A stretch of 61,921 nt of DNA, counting the filler, from Choristocarpus tenellus KU-1152 (lineage: Eukaryota; Protista; Phaeophyceae): assembly GCA_964200185.2 (NCBI GenBank). It is 13 parts of 13 records of this genome, joined end to end, with 100 filler letters (N's around TTAATTAATTAA, not from the genome) between each part and the next. Parts side by side here need not be neighbours in the genome. Positions count along the whole stretch, not along the records: positions 24,494 to 27,608 come from CAXNAD020022220.1; positions 27,709 to 31,810 come from CAXNAD020016201.1; positions 31,911 to 34,601 come from CAXNAD020025618.1; positions 34,702 to 37,947 come from CAXNAD020021292.1; positions 38,048 to 41,534 come from CAXNAD020019694.1; 8 more parts are not named here. One strand, 5' to 3'. The position numbers and the translations under genes were made by a program. Shown in pieces: positions 25,279 to 38,349 of the stretch. Within the stretch, counting starts at the first letter, position 1, and each line of letters starts with the position of its first letter. The notes below the pieces were generated by a model. It had not been told where the DNA came from, did no database searches, and saw nothing but the letters and a program-made list of their open reading frames with translations.

Positions 25279-27418
25279 GGGTTCTGACAAGTGAATGGCT
25301 TTCATTGGGTTTCCCCCCGGCACATCTGCAAAAAGTTAGAGGGTATAATAATGGTAAAATATACTACAATGTGGGGCCATTTCACTCTTTGACGTCTGTT
25401 GTCCAGGCAAAGTTTGAGGGACCAGTTGCTATATATTGTAACGCCTGCCCCCCAATTAACGCCCAAGTCAATTTGCTCTAAGTAATAGATGTTACTTGTA
25501 TATATATTATTATGCCCTCTGACATTTTGCAGATGTGTCAGGGGGAAACCAATGAAAACTATATATTATTATGCCCTCTGCCAGTTTGTAGATGTGCGAG
25601 GGAAAAAGTCACTTGTCATGTCACCGCAAGGTTTTTGCAACCCTTTGCTCTATTTCTTATTTTATCTTTGTGTAAGAGAAGGTATAGGCCCACTTGGCAT
25701 GTAAGTATAATATAAAGTGCGGTATGGTGAATGAAAAACAAAACCAGAAACAAGTGAATGGGTAATCGCATGGATGATGTGGCTTCCTCATCTCGATCGG
25801 ATGGCAGATTTGTATCATCAGAAACTTAACAACAAAAACAACTCCTTCTACTTCCATGCCATATTATTTCGATCCTTCCTTGGGCATCGTACCTGGATCA
25901 CCTGGTACCAAAAAGGTAAGTACAACCGTTCTTTATTCGACTAAGACGGGATTGGACCCATCGTTTTCTGGACGTTGCGTTGTAGTGAATTGTTAAAAAA
26001 ATTAAACGTTTCATTATTTCCATTGATACATCTCCAAATGTCAACAAAATAATAGATAATGCGTTTCAGTACTATTTATGTATAAGAAGTGTGAACATAT
26101 AGATGTCCAATTTGGGATTGAGGAGTTGTAGGAAAACTGCGAGGCTTCTATATTTGAAATTTGGTGTTATCTCTGTTGTTCCACAACACAAGAAACCAAT
26201 GTCGGTTGCCAGTGACCCAGTAAGCTTTCATGAACAGCAGTTCATCCACCATAGTTTAGGATGATGATATTTCTCAGTTTATCTCATTTGTGTCTCTAAG
26301 CTTTGTTGAGGATGCTTCTTCAATTCTAAGCTTACTTTTTGGTGCAAAACTATTGGTATCCTCAACAAATCAGTCATAATCACACCTCGGATATCCCCTT
26401 CACCCTTCTTGATTACTACTGCTCGTTTCCCTGGTCAATACCTTACCCAGATTTTCTATCTCTGCACCGTTGCCTCTACCAATCCTCTTCATCCTTTGTC
26501 CTCAGTTCCTGGCCCCACGAGATGATGCTACTGTCATCCTCTCCAAGATTCGACAACAACTCTTTCATCACCATGGCGCAGGAAGGCAGAACGTTATTGA
26601 CTTTGAAGGTGGGAGTACGTTAGTAGTAACTGAATCATTGATCCAAGGTGTCATGGGGTGTAACCTGGATGACTCTTTGTGTCTCATAGTGGGAGATGCG
26701 AGTAATGGTCAGGACTTCGTCAAGGGATTGGTCTGTTCCTGTTAGCTGCGCTGTTTCGTAAGTTGACCTTGATGGAAATCTAGGACGACTCGGGTCTCTA
26801 TGCTATACTATTGCCAAGCTATGGCTATGCCCTCCCTGTCTTCGGACGTGTATGTAGATGTCGACTGGATCCTCCAAAAATGTTCGTTTCGCTGCTCAGA
26901 AAAGGTATCACGTGGCCTGAGACGAAGGTTGTCCTATTGCATGAAATCAAGCTGCCAAGTCGAGTACAAGGTGGCACAACAGGTGGATCAGCTGAAGCCC
27001 CACCATGGCAATGTAGTGTGTCACCTCAGGTGATGATGCGGAGAGTGATCGTCAACACATTACTGACTCTGTATGGCATGTGGATGAAATAGAACTGCCT
27101 GGGAGGTAAAGCAATGATGTACCGACCAGCATCTCATAAATGGAGATTGGCCACACACACACACACGTGCACGATCTGCAATTCAAACTTTAAACTATTG
27201 ATTACCTGGAATCATTACACAATAGGTTATCCAATGACATGTATTCACCATAATCAGTCTACTTAATGTAAACAAGACGTGAACAATAGTACAAGTGACG
27301 AAACACTTCTCCATATCTTTGCTGCTCGTGTTACCTCCACCATAGATGCCTTCCTTTCCTGGGACAGTGATGGCGACAGAAAAGTTACGCACTTTGAATT
27401 TGAAAGGGCATTATTCAG
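25279..27418 (+). CDS. Fragmentary multi-exon gene with an EF-hand exon (candidate exons ~25279-25341, ~25808-25915, ~27278-27418)
   Basis: AFLSWDSDGDRKVTHFEFERALF is a canonical DxDxD EF-hand loop. The upstream exons have good splice sites, but their linkage is inferred. Confidence 0.55.
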
Positions 27419-27769
27419 GTACAATTTATTCATACATGCCTTTGAAGATAAAAACAGAGTAATGCCAACCCTTTCCTCCCCTTGTTAACCTCACGTATTG
27501 GCTTAAAGATAGAAACGGGGGGCGGGGGGGGGGGGGGGGGGGGGGGTGTCTTTTTTTTTTTTTATCTTTTTTTCTCTGGGCCTTCCCTTTTTTATCTTTT
27601 TTTATGTTNNNNNNNNNNNNNNNNNNNNNNNNNNNNNNNNNNNNNNNNNNNNTTAATTAATTAANNNNNNNNNNNNNNNNNNNNNNNNNNNNNNNNNNNN
27701 NNNNNNNNTGATTTTCGTCCAAATGGACACCCTGGTGTAGAACACCCCCCCTCCCAGATATTTTAGGTC

Positions 27770-27842
27770 AAACCCTGAGGGAAGCCAAGCCCCAAATGGA
27801 AAAACAGGGCAAAACTCGTACCCTCTAAGATACTTTTCACTC
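27770..27842 (+). mobile_element. 3' part of MITE family 1, abutting a family-2 terminus
   Basis: gggaagccaagccccaaatgg...taccctctaagatacttttcactc. Confidence 0.85.
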
Positions 27843-27894
27843 AAATATCATCATCACCTCGAATCGTGCTGCGGCAGCATGTATTAATTGCCAC

Positions 27895-28175
27895 ATAGCG
27901 ACATAGGGGCTCCATTTCCGACTTTGTGAGGTGTTTCCAATATAGGGATTCCAGTTCCGACCCTGCCAGTTTTTTTTCAACATAGGCACTCCAGTTCCGA
28001 CTCTGTTCCCACTCCGCCAGTTGTTTCCAACGTAGGGACTCCAGTTCCGACTCTGTTCCGACTCTGCTAATTGTTTCCAACATAGGGGCTCCAGTTCCGA
28101 CTCTGTTCCGACTTTTCCAGTTATTTCCAACATGGGGACTCCAGTTCCAACTAAACTCGTGGATTCCAACAATGG
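27895..28175. repeat. ~50-bp minisatellite, ~6 copies
   Basis: Unit ccaacataggggctccagttccgactctgttccgactctgctaattgttt. Confidence 0.9.
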
Positions 28176-28559
28176 TCAACCTATCTTCTTGTTTCTTTTG
28201 ATACTGTGGAAAGGGGTTAAGTTATTGATGCATAGACGCGATGCATAAACACGTTGAGCCATCACGACTGCTATAGGAATTCTCGCAGAGTCGAGCCCTG
28301 GACCGGGACCTCTCCAAATTACTGATTCCCAGGGGAACCTGTGAAGTAAAAGAACACCGTCACACACAAAAAACAGATCGGGAATGTGAGTGTACGAAAG
28401 ACGAGGAAGAACTACCTAGGCAACATCTATACCATGGCTGTGAGAGACCACTTTTTTACGACTAAAGGTGAATGATGTCGCAGTCAGAGACCGCTCGTTG
28501 TACAACTATAGAAGGATGATGGTTCCCTCAGAGCCACAGATGCCATCACACCCATGTAT

Positions 28560-31500
28560 GTGACGAAGCCAATCAGAAGGAACTCCTGTAGACAACGAAG
28601 GTGTTCCAGAACCATCCAAGAACACCACTGAACCAGGTGAAAATAATTCCAGGCTATCGTAGGGAGCTATCAAGAATCCTAAGGCCGAGGTGAATACTGA
28701 GTACTGTCTCCAATTTGAAGAGAGGCGGTAGGATCTCCATGTTACAGGGTGGTCATATCACCTGCAACAGTTGAGGTTATAACTACGAGGATCAAAAGAG
28801 CCCTTATAGTGGGTGCGCTTTCGCACCTCGGCTGCAGCAGCAGCTACACCATTGCTGGCGGATGAGTGGGCTAGGTGGGAGGCTGCCTGTACCTCTGCCA
28901 AGGTGACCTCTAGCAGAAGACCTTTGTCCCTAGTGCCCCTGCGTGAAACACCAGATCCACGCGGAGATTCCTGTTCACTGTGAAAGGGCTACGGTCCTCC
29001 GTACTGCAAGGGATACCCATCCCCTTGCATAGTTGGTGCAGGCGTTCCAATTTTACTAAAAAAAATCAAAAGATTATTCACCATTGGAGTGTGTTGTCGG
29101 ACCTGTCCCCCTGCCCTTGGGCAGGTACCGGCATGTCTGGCATCAAATTTTGCCTCTTGCACCCTGCTACTGGACACCTATTGGATACGGCCTCTTCCCT
29201 ACAAAGGGATCTGCTGACTGTGAGCTTAAATTCCAGAGGGGGGATCTGGCATATTGGTTCCAGGGGTTGAGTTGAGACCCACGCATTTGCCCCTTGTCCA
29301 CATTGGCTCCGGTGGTGTACTAGGGCCAATGAGGAGCTTTCCCTCCCTTGGTGTGCCTCGCTTGGTAGGTCGGCCAGTTGTGTCCTGAAGTGTCAAAACG
29401 GATCCTGTTGAGGAGGCGTGTGATCTCATGTTCAGCCCTCCTTGCGATCCTGGCGTCATGAGCTGTCGGGATATGTACCTCTGGGGTAGGTGCAGGGGGT
29501 GTTGTTCCCCCCCAGGTTACCCAGTCTTGGCCAATGATTTCCGCAAGGTCTTCTGAGGGGACACCCGTAGAAAGAAGAGTGTGGATGGACAATCCTAAGG
29601 CCTGTATGGTGGGGCTCGTGGAAATAGCTTACGAGAAGGACTCATCATGAGGCCCTTGCTGCCTTGGTTAGCAGGGTGGGGAGGGTAGCTACTAGTGATC
29701 CCACAAAAGCTGCATGTTGGCGGTGTTTCATAGAGGAGAGGCCTAGACCCCCCGCACTTGTAGGCATCTGTGCCTGTACTTGTTGGTGGGTCTCTAGGCG
29801 AAGAGACCCATTGTTACACCCTCCCTCGAAGAAATCTGCCGCCTCTGTCGAGTCAGCTATCTCCATTATCCTCTCTAGTGTCCATAAGGAGGTGTTATCT
29901 GCTTGCTCCATGGTGGAGCGTGCCAGGTGGGGGGGAGTGACCCTCGTTAGGTAGCCTAGCCTGGAGGAGAGGGACCAGGAGTTGAGGAGCCAGGCCACCT
30001 GCTTGTCCTCCATCTCGTTTAGGTGTGCGGCCAAAGCTCGTGTCCCAGAGCTCTCGTTCACCTCAGCCATGTGAGCTTGAATAAAACCGCCTGTTCCCAC
30101 CGGAGCCCCTAGAGTGACAAAACCATTGAGGTTCGGGGTTAGGTTGATTCCCGCTGTAAAGAGAAGCTCCAGTTCCGAGGGCATGGGGCAGTGGCCCTGG
30201 GGAGGTGCGGCAAAGGTCTTATCCATGTTTAGGTTAATGCCTACCTCATGGAGGTTAGTTTATAACTGCTCGAAAGCAGCTATGGCGGTAGGGTCGATCA
30301 CCCTTATATGAACGTGTCATCCAGATAGCTCCGGGAGGAAATCCATTGGGGTCCAAAGACTGATTGGACCTGTTGCAAGGCGTTGTGTGTTGCCATACAA
30401 TATAAGAGGGGCCCAATGGGTCTTTGGGCCCCAGATCTGGATTGTAGAATCTTCGTCCCTCTCTCATCTAGGAGGAAAAGAAGATTCCTCGTATTCCCAT
30501 ATGACCTTAGAAACATAAAGTAGGAGTCCTGGTAAGGGTCTCTGGGAGGGCCTGGATGAAAGCTGAGCGATGCACACTGTTGAAAGCATTCCTTCCGTTC
30601 AAACTGATGACCCATTCTCCGCACTCATTCCTTAGGCGGATATCTAGGAGTGCACGTTCGATGCCATTTGGGACCCGACACCAATTGTCCTACTCCCCCG
30701 AAAAAATCCTCCTAATAGGGCCCCTAGTCTGTGCAGAAAGCTGAAGCGCATGCCCTTCGGAAAAACGACCTGCAGGCGACCGGGCGACACTTCTCCCCAA
30801 TTGCGGATAGTCTGGAGTTGATGTGGAGTGTCCATAATTCTAGGGGTAGAAAGCCTGGAGAGGTGTTGGCTAGCTCCCATAATTTTGCAAATGCCTCTGC
30901 CACTTCCTCGTGACCAACATCTATCGTGATAGCTGATCTGATGTGGCTTGGGTGCATCCCGTCAGGGCCAGGTGCAGAGTTGCTGTTAGCCCTCATGAAG
31001 GCTTTTCGAAGGGAGGTGGGGGTGTATTCCCCTTCAGGGGGGCAGTACCTTTGTTCCCCAATCTTGCATTCCCTTGTACCCTGTATTTTGCATCTGTCAT
31101 GGCCTGCCTACGTTCATCTTGGTTCTCACTCCGCGGTGTTTAGGGACCAGTATATTGAGAGTCTCCTCCGTCCCTGGGGCGCTGGATTGTGCTCAGAGCA
31201 CGCTCGCTTCCCTGGAAATTCCTCCATGGTGGTGACCCAGAGCTGCAGCGCATTCATGGCGGGACTTGGGGTCCTCTCCAGGGGCCTCTCTACGTCTTTT
31301 TGTCCTCTGGGATCGTTCTAGTAGTCATGCAACTAGCTCTTGGATTTTCCCTGAACCCTCTCGAGCAAACCTTTCCTCCCTCGAGAAATTTCCATCATTT
31401 GCCAGTAAGAGGCCAGAGATCATTTGGAAAAGCTCGGATGCTCTGATGACCCCTATTGTTGGTGTTCCCCCTTCCTGCCTTGGGGCAGTTACCTCATGTA

Positions 31501-31810
31501 TCAGGACATCCACTGTGTGCATGAGGGCGATTGCATGGGCGGTGCGAAGCCTGCCTGGGACCTTCTTCAACGTGGTGATGTTTACCCGCTCCAGGGTCTC
31601 CATCTGGACTTGGTCAAGGGCAGATGCTACACTTGGAGTATGGAGCCCCCAAGGCAGACGTGTATGCGGTGGTAGCTGGTCTAGATTTTCTGTGGAGGGG
31701 GAGGGGGTAGTGGGGGCAGGTGGTGGTGGTGGAAGTGATGGTGGTGATTGGGGCAAGGAAGGAGGTGGGGTGGGGTGGAATGGAGTGTGTGGGGCGGGTA
31801 GTGGTGGTGG
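28560..31810 (-). mobile_element. CRE-like non-LTR retrotransposon (RT + CCHC knuckle + restriction-like endonuclease), degenerate, 5' end cut by the contig boundary
   Basis: SAPGPDG, CRPVAC, NAFNSVHR, GAQ..PIGPLLY, YLDD, TLGAPVG, GGLGL, AAFVGS, RCPVAGC..HAGTC, LRVDLV, LLLEVT, AAAAEVRKRTHY, spread over several frames. Confidence 0.88.
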
Positions 31811-33269
31811 NNNNNNNNNNNNNNNNNNNNNNNNNNNNNNNNNNNNNNNNNNNNTTAATTAATTAANNNNNNNNNNNNNNNNNNNNNNNNNNNNNNNNNN
31901 NNNNNNNNNNTGGAGCTCTGGTGTCCACTTCTCCTTGGGCACAATCTGCCTGGTGCGCGAGATAAGCATCTCAGACATGTGCGCGTCCGATTCGATGTCC
32001 TTGTGGTCCGTCGTCGTAGGAGCCTTCCCGTAGAATGACTTGTACCTACTAAAATAGAATTGCCATGAAGGACGTCAAGGAGAACGATGAGCAGGTTATG
32101 AAGAGGAAAGGGTCGCCACTGCAGCAAATATTCATTACTCGATTGTCGTACTTCCTACAAGACAAGATCGCACATACACAGGAAACACACACTGTAGAAT
32201 TAATTACCAGAATACTACGAAGGGATTTTCGTTCGACACAACAATAGCCGACTACATTCTTCATCGCAGGAGATACTTATTTCATGCTCCTGTGCAATGT
32301 GCTGCGACCTGCATAAACTGTGCTTACTGCTGTCTACACGATAAAACACAGTGGCGTTTTGACTTGCCTAGCAAGAAGGTGGATGCATAGCCCTTGCTTG
32401 AGAGAAGTGAAGCCGGCAAACTCCTTGCTCATCAGATAGTTAGTGTGACTGTGTTGCAGTCAATCTGTGGTGACGAGGTCTCACACACTTCCTTCAGTAC
32501 CTTGAAGGACTCTGGTCGAAGGGACTTTACGCCTTGCTGCCAGTTTGTAGAGTTGTTTTCACCGGAGTAGTAACACCCACCTTCGTGATGGGCAGAAAAC
32601 GGAAAATATTTTGCACCCAGCCAGCGAGGATGAGGCATCGTTATTACCACGCCAACGCAGTATGTATGAGTGTGTGGGGGGTTTCAGGCAACACCGTCGA
32701 TACAACAATCAAGGACGCTCTTTATTGCATGTTTGTGGTTAACCACACATACATACTACATGGTCGCCTGAAAATCAATAAGTTGGTTGACAGGGTATCT
32801 AAACGCGGGATAACTATCTCGACTTAGGTTGAATAGCAGGACACAGAGAGATCTCGCAACAGCTGTAACCGAACTAGAGGAGTAGAGCGCGACCATCCCA
32901 CCAATGTCGACAACTCTCTCACCTTTTGGTACATTCTGCGGATCTCTGCTAGTGACACTTCTTTTTTCTTCGTCTGTCGTTTGATAGCTTCTTGGAGCTC
33001 GTGCTCAAAATATATCTTATCGTATAACGTGCGCTCAACAACACTCTCAGTCGCGCCGTTGAATGCTATAAGCATGGCGGTGCAGTGGGCGAACGGGACA
33101 AGGGTTAGGTGGGGAGCGGTCGCGGGATACACACGGCCTGCAGCACTGAGAAACATGTTGCTGTGGACAGGAATACCACGAGGGAAAAAAAAGGTGAGCA
33201 ACAAAAAGATCCACAATGGGCTGACAGACAATGAACATAGCAAAGGAAACTCGGCAACAACTTCGTATA

Positions 33270-33500
33270 TCAGAATAGTCATCAGACGATCATGGAACAA
33301 CGAAAACACTCAACTTACTTCGGTGCTTAGTTGATCAGAATGGTTAGGCGATCATGGAACAACGTCATGATGATCAACTTACTTGGTTGTTTACTTGATG
33401 GTAATAGTCATCAGGCGAACATGGATCAACGAGAACACTCAACTTTATTGCTTAGTTGATCAGAACGGTCAGGCGATTATGGAACAACGAAAACACACCA
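33270..33500. repeat. ~62-bp imperfect tandem repeat, 4 copies, in an intron of the ParB-like gene
   Basis: The aggcgatcatggaacaacg core recurs at ~33284, 33346, 33413 and 33471. Confidence 0.8.
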
Positions 33501-33661
33501 TCACCCACCGTTAGCAATTAGCCTCTCTTCTGCTTGGTTGAACTCCATGTAGATCCACATGGTGAAAATGCGCTCGGGATCAAACTCTCTCTTCAGCACC
33601 GTTATTCAATGGTTTCCGTCCAGTACGCACCCTTCAATGGCAAGCGCAGTTTCGGCGTTGA

Positions 33662-33922
33662 GAGTCAAAGTATCTTAGAGGGTAGAGCCGCGTCCATTTG
33701 GGGGCTAAAATCCAATGTTGCGATTTTGGTGTAATTTTGACTATAGTGTTTGTTAGGAAGTGTCAATATCCATGTTACGGATACATCTTTTTATAGCGTA
33801 TAAACTTTCTCTACTCCGAACATTTTGGAGTAGGAAATGTCATAAAAGAACCCATGGGAAGCCAAGCCCCAAATGGACAAAGAAAGAGGGAAAAACTCGT
33901 GCTCTCTAAGATACTTTCATTC
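33662..33922 (+). mobile_element. MITE (family 1) inserted in a coding exon
   Basis: TIRs present; 3-bp TSD tga/tga. Its excision restores the reading frame. Confidence 0.95.
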
Positions 33923-35245
33923 TGAGCTGATCCACATTACCTAAACTGTCTCGCTGGATGACAATGCTTGGAGCAAACTGATCCAGCCAGCCTTTCTCCT
34001 TTATAGACTTCCTCACGAGCGCAAGGCCACGCTCGCTTAAAGGACACACCATCTCTGTGCATGTGACGTTTGTGAGTTTCATCTTGTACGAGCCGAGGTA
34101 GTGATGCTCTAGGAGATGGGAGATGCCCTTCAGAGTTAAGGCCCACGTTCTCGATCCGTGGGCAGCGCCATCGGCGGGCGGGTGGGTTGTTGTGGAGGGA
34201 ATGTTGGACATGGCAAAGATTGGGAGGGTGTGATGGGGATGGATAGGTAAGAGGTCTGCGTGATATCTACGGAAGGGAATGAATTGAAATGAGGACTGAG
34301 GGATGGGAGGTGCTGTTTTATTTCATCTGGTCTGTTGATCCTCAAAACTCAGATTTCACAATTTTTATGAGAATTGTGTTACAAAAAATACGAATATCAA
34401 ACAGCATACGATTTCATATTGAACTGGGACAGAGAGTACCTGTATTTTTGTGACGTTTTCGTTTCGTACGTTTCTAACGTATTAGATCAATGAAGGATGT
34501 GGTTTGTATCTGTATTTCTTGATGTAAAGTGTTAAGGATATGCTTTTTATTCATGTGTAAAAGAAGATTCTGTAGAAGAAACAATTTAAGAATGAAGAGA
34601 TNNNNNNNNNNNNNNNNNNNNNNNNNNNNNNNNNNNNNNNNNNNNTTAATTAATTAANNNNNNNNNNNNNNNNNNNNNNNNNNNNNNNNNNNNNNNNNNN
34701 NCTCAGTGGCACCCCCCTCCCACCCCCCACCCCACTTAATCTGACCTGAGTAGTACTCATGGTGACATCTTGATTAAAGGGAGGGGGAGGCACATGTTCT
34801 AACGTAAAGTATATATTCTTGTGACACTGATATCTATAGTAAATCTTCACCACACGGACAGTGTAACCTCATCACTTACCACAAGGAAATACAGTGCTTG
34901 CTATCGTAGCACAATAGTAATGCAATTCATAGTGCCACAGAACAATACCAGACTTTCATCATTTCAAGGTCAGACAAAGGGGGGGGTGGGGGAGGGGGGC
35001 CGCGCGGGTAGGATCAATTCCAAAAGCCCAATATGTGTGTGTGGCCCATTGGAAACACTTAACACAACTGTAGATAAGACTCTTACATGGACATGCTGTT
35101 TCTCAATTTGAATTCGAGTCAGGTGGAGTAGAGCCTGATGCATCAACGACTAAACTAGAGCTTACATTAATCGCCGAAAATTGGGTCATATATCATGAGC
35201 CTAACCCTTACCCTATCCGTAACAAGAAACGCCTCCTTTGCTCAC

Positions 35246-35378
35246 CACAACCGCCCCAAGAAGGGACAATATCAACCCGCAGACCTTCACTGCAGTGAAC
35301 CGCTCAAACCCCAGCATCACACTGAAGGTGAATGCAAAGATAGATGATAGCTGAGAGATAATGGTTGCGCTAGTCACG
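35246..35378 (-). CDS. Exon of an EamA/DMT (SLC35F-like) transporter
   Basis: gtcag|(S)VTSATIISQLSSIFAFTFSVMLGFERFTAVKVCGLILSLLGAVV|gtgagc. Not called in the ORF track. Confidence 0.75.
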
Positions 35379-36240
35379 CTGACAAAAGCATTACGGGGAG
35401 AGGGTGTGGGGGTGTCGTTGTTATCAGGAAGGAAAGAAAGGTGTGGTGTGTATGAAGGGGGGGATGGGATAGACCAACTTTGGGAGCTGATTGGAATGCA
35501 AAAATAACAATAGTAGAATACTGCTGAGAGAAATAAAAAGACTTGTTAAGATGTCCTTGACGATCTGTTGTCCCACACGACTAGTTATACTATTGTTTAT
35601 TAACTTGTACCACAGTTGAGAAGAGAGTGAGATACCTTCACTAGGTGGGGCTCACCAGTCCTTACATTGAATGACTCAGAATACCAAAAGACTCAACGGT
35701 TCTCTAGTACACGTCAGAAACACTCCGCCTCTAATAGTCCGCCGATTACTTCTGGTCAAAAACCCTAACCCTAAATATCCCGAATGTCCCGCATTATCTT
35801 CTGTGCGTACATAAAATAAAATAATAATACTTCAAATCATATTGTCACAAATAGTCAAGCATAATCTTGACACTCACTTCCCAAGAGCGTAACGTGCAGG
35901 TCACCAAGCGGTGTGCGAACAGGAACACTTTCAAAGCTACGTGCGTGCATGCGCGCGCGGATGACGCGCGGAATAAATAACGAAACAATCGATGTTGAAA
36001 TGTTTGTTCGGTGTATCACATCATCGCAGTTGATCTTAATTTTCTTTGTTTGTTTGTTTGGCCACAATTGGGACCTTTCCACAGCTCTAAAAAAAAAGTA
36101 ACACAATGATAAGAGTCACACTCAAATAAGAAAAGGATACGTGGTCGCACCCATTTCCATTCAGACCGCACAAAAATATTAAAAAATATATTAACATAAA
36201 TATATATATATATACATACAAGTACAATTCATCTCACCTG

Positions 36241-36279
<39 letters not shown>

Positions 36280-36389
36280 CACTGTGACAATTTTTTTTTT
36301 TTCAATTGTAAAAAAAAGAGAGACATACGTATTTTATTTTATTTTTTATTTTATTTTTTGTTTTTGTTTTGACCCTGACTTCAACTTGT

Positions 36390-37840
36390 ACCTGACGTAT
36401 TCCAACGAACACTCTCCGGCAGATCCCCATGCCTCCACGTCTTGAGGACAGGCAACAGTTGCATTTCGATGCATCTCCACAGCAGAATGCATGCTCTCGG
36501 CCTCGGCACGTGCATCCCCCCGCAGTCGATGAACACGTGCCTCGAGCCTGGGTAGGAGTACCACGCCCGGCTTCCAGTGAGAAATAATAATAATAATAAT
36601 AGAGTGTAAGCAAGTGCTTTCAAGGAGGGCCCCCGAGTGGACCGCTCTTCATCAGCGTGCGACATCCAGGACACTTCATCGGACTAAAACTTGAGTTTCA
36701 TTGCACACCCTCTTACTTTCCAGCATTTCGAATAATAATAATAAAATAATAAAATAATAGTAATAAAGTCGCGTAACAGTGCAGGAACGTAGTGCTACAA
36801 TGCATCAACCTTCCTCCTACTGATGGGGGGCAAAAACGAGGAACACTCCTCTGCACTCTTTGATCACATATAATACGTCCTACCCCAACTGACCCACCTG
36901 CTAAGCTCTGCTTGCGCCATCAGACCCTCTCCGTTCCCCTCTTCCAATCCAAGGACAGTCCTTGCCGCCTCGTAGCCCTTGGCCATCAGCTGTTCTCTAG
37001 TCACCGGCCACCTATCAACAACAGATGGTTTGCCTTCGGAGGCGGGGCACGTGCCCGTGAGAGGGAGACCGAAAGCAGGTCATTCTCTCATCACACAATC
37101 TCATTACAGCCTGATGTGGACGGACCTCATCTATTGTAGCACAAAGAAAAGATAAGGCTGAAGATCCTACGGGAGTATTATGGGAAGACAATACAAAAGC
37201 TAAAAAGCTAAAAAAAGATATATATATATATATAGATAGATGTGGAAAGCATGTTTGTCTGTTATTATACCGTATTGCTCGTATGCCATATACCGTTATA
37301 CCGTGGTACCGAGTGAGGTTTAATACCAAGATAGCACCGTCAACTACAAGCCCACCTCCTGGTGGACACGCCTCTGGGAGTTCCCATTCCAGGAAATCTG
37401 TAACTGTCCTGGCCAAGTGTAGGAGCGTGTCAACATCAGATTCACCGCTTGCTGTTGAGGAGGACAGCGACGCCTCATACTGCTCCGCATCAATAACAAC
37501 AATGGTGTACTGTGTTGTGTTGCATTGTGTTGTGATCCAGTATACTTCACACCATAGTACACACTCTGACACAAGAACAACATCAATAAAAGTTTTGAAT
37601 TGAGCACAACATCAACAGCACATCTTCACATTCACCACAGCACAGGCAACAAGCCAACATAACTGCCCCCCCGCAGCTTCAGGGTTAGGGGTTGGGATTC
37701 AGGATCCATCCACCCACCTTGGCACAGGCTGAGTTGCAAGCTGTTAACGCCTCCTGAACAACTTCAGGGTTAGGGAATTTCCACTCAGGATGACCTCCCT
37801 CTGCCTGCTCCACATCGATGTACAATTGCATGGTGCTATC
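36390..37840 (-). CDS. Multi-exon gene fragment of unknown function, possibly TPR-like helical repeats
   Basis: Candidate exons WKFPNPEVVQEALTACNSACAK|gt, LLHLARTVTDFLEWELP..NLTR|WPVTREQLMAKGYEAAR and AVEMHRNATVACPQDVEAWGSAGECSLEYV|gt. Confidence 0.5.
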
Positions 37841-37879
<39 letters not shown>

Positions 37880-38349
37880 AACAAACGCAAACAGCGACAC
37901 ATATTGTGATCAATTAACTGAAGGTGGTTTTTTATGAGTCTTGAGCGNNNNNNNNNNNNNNNNNNNNNNNNNNNNNNNNNNNNNNNNNNNNTTAATTAAT
38001 TAANNNNNNNNNNNNNNNNNNNNNNNNNNNNNNNNNNNNNNNNNNNNGGATTGGTTTGTGAGGGGGGGGCGTCCGATTCGGTCAAAAAACTCTTTTTTTT
38101 GCTGACATTTCAAATCCGACACGTGCGATCAAATCACACCAAAAAAGTGAAAATCGAAAAAAGGATGGAAAACGGATGCCGACACCCCCCCCTCAGATAC
38201 TTTGACCCTCTATTCGACAAGAGGTTGCAAGTTGGAGCCTTGCATGCACCTTCTCACTACCTGTGGGTGTAGCTGAGTGTAGCTGAGTGCACGTGATACC
38301 AATTATTGTCTAATTCAAGAATAGTGGACTTCCGAGGTCGTGGATCGCA

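Larger units (their letters stand above)
31911..34211 (-). pseudogene. ParB/Sulfiredoxin-like domain gene with introns. Exons 34211-33509 (MITE-interrupted), 33065-32923, 32580-32368 and 32045-31911
   Basis: Removing the MITE and one TSD restores ...CPLSERGLALVRKSIKEKGW...PSIVIQ...DQL|NAETALAIEGCVLDGNH*ITVL, where DGNHR has become DGNH* (CGA to TGA inferred). Splice phases are compatible; exon 3 is frameshifted. Confidence 0.7.

Noticed and set aside
26160-27100. Candidate transposase for the MITE family
   Set aside because: No DDE or zinc-finger motif could be read in the frames examined, and no TIRs bound it.
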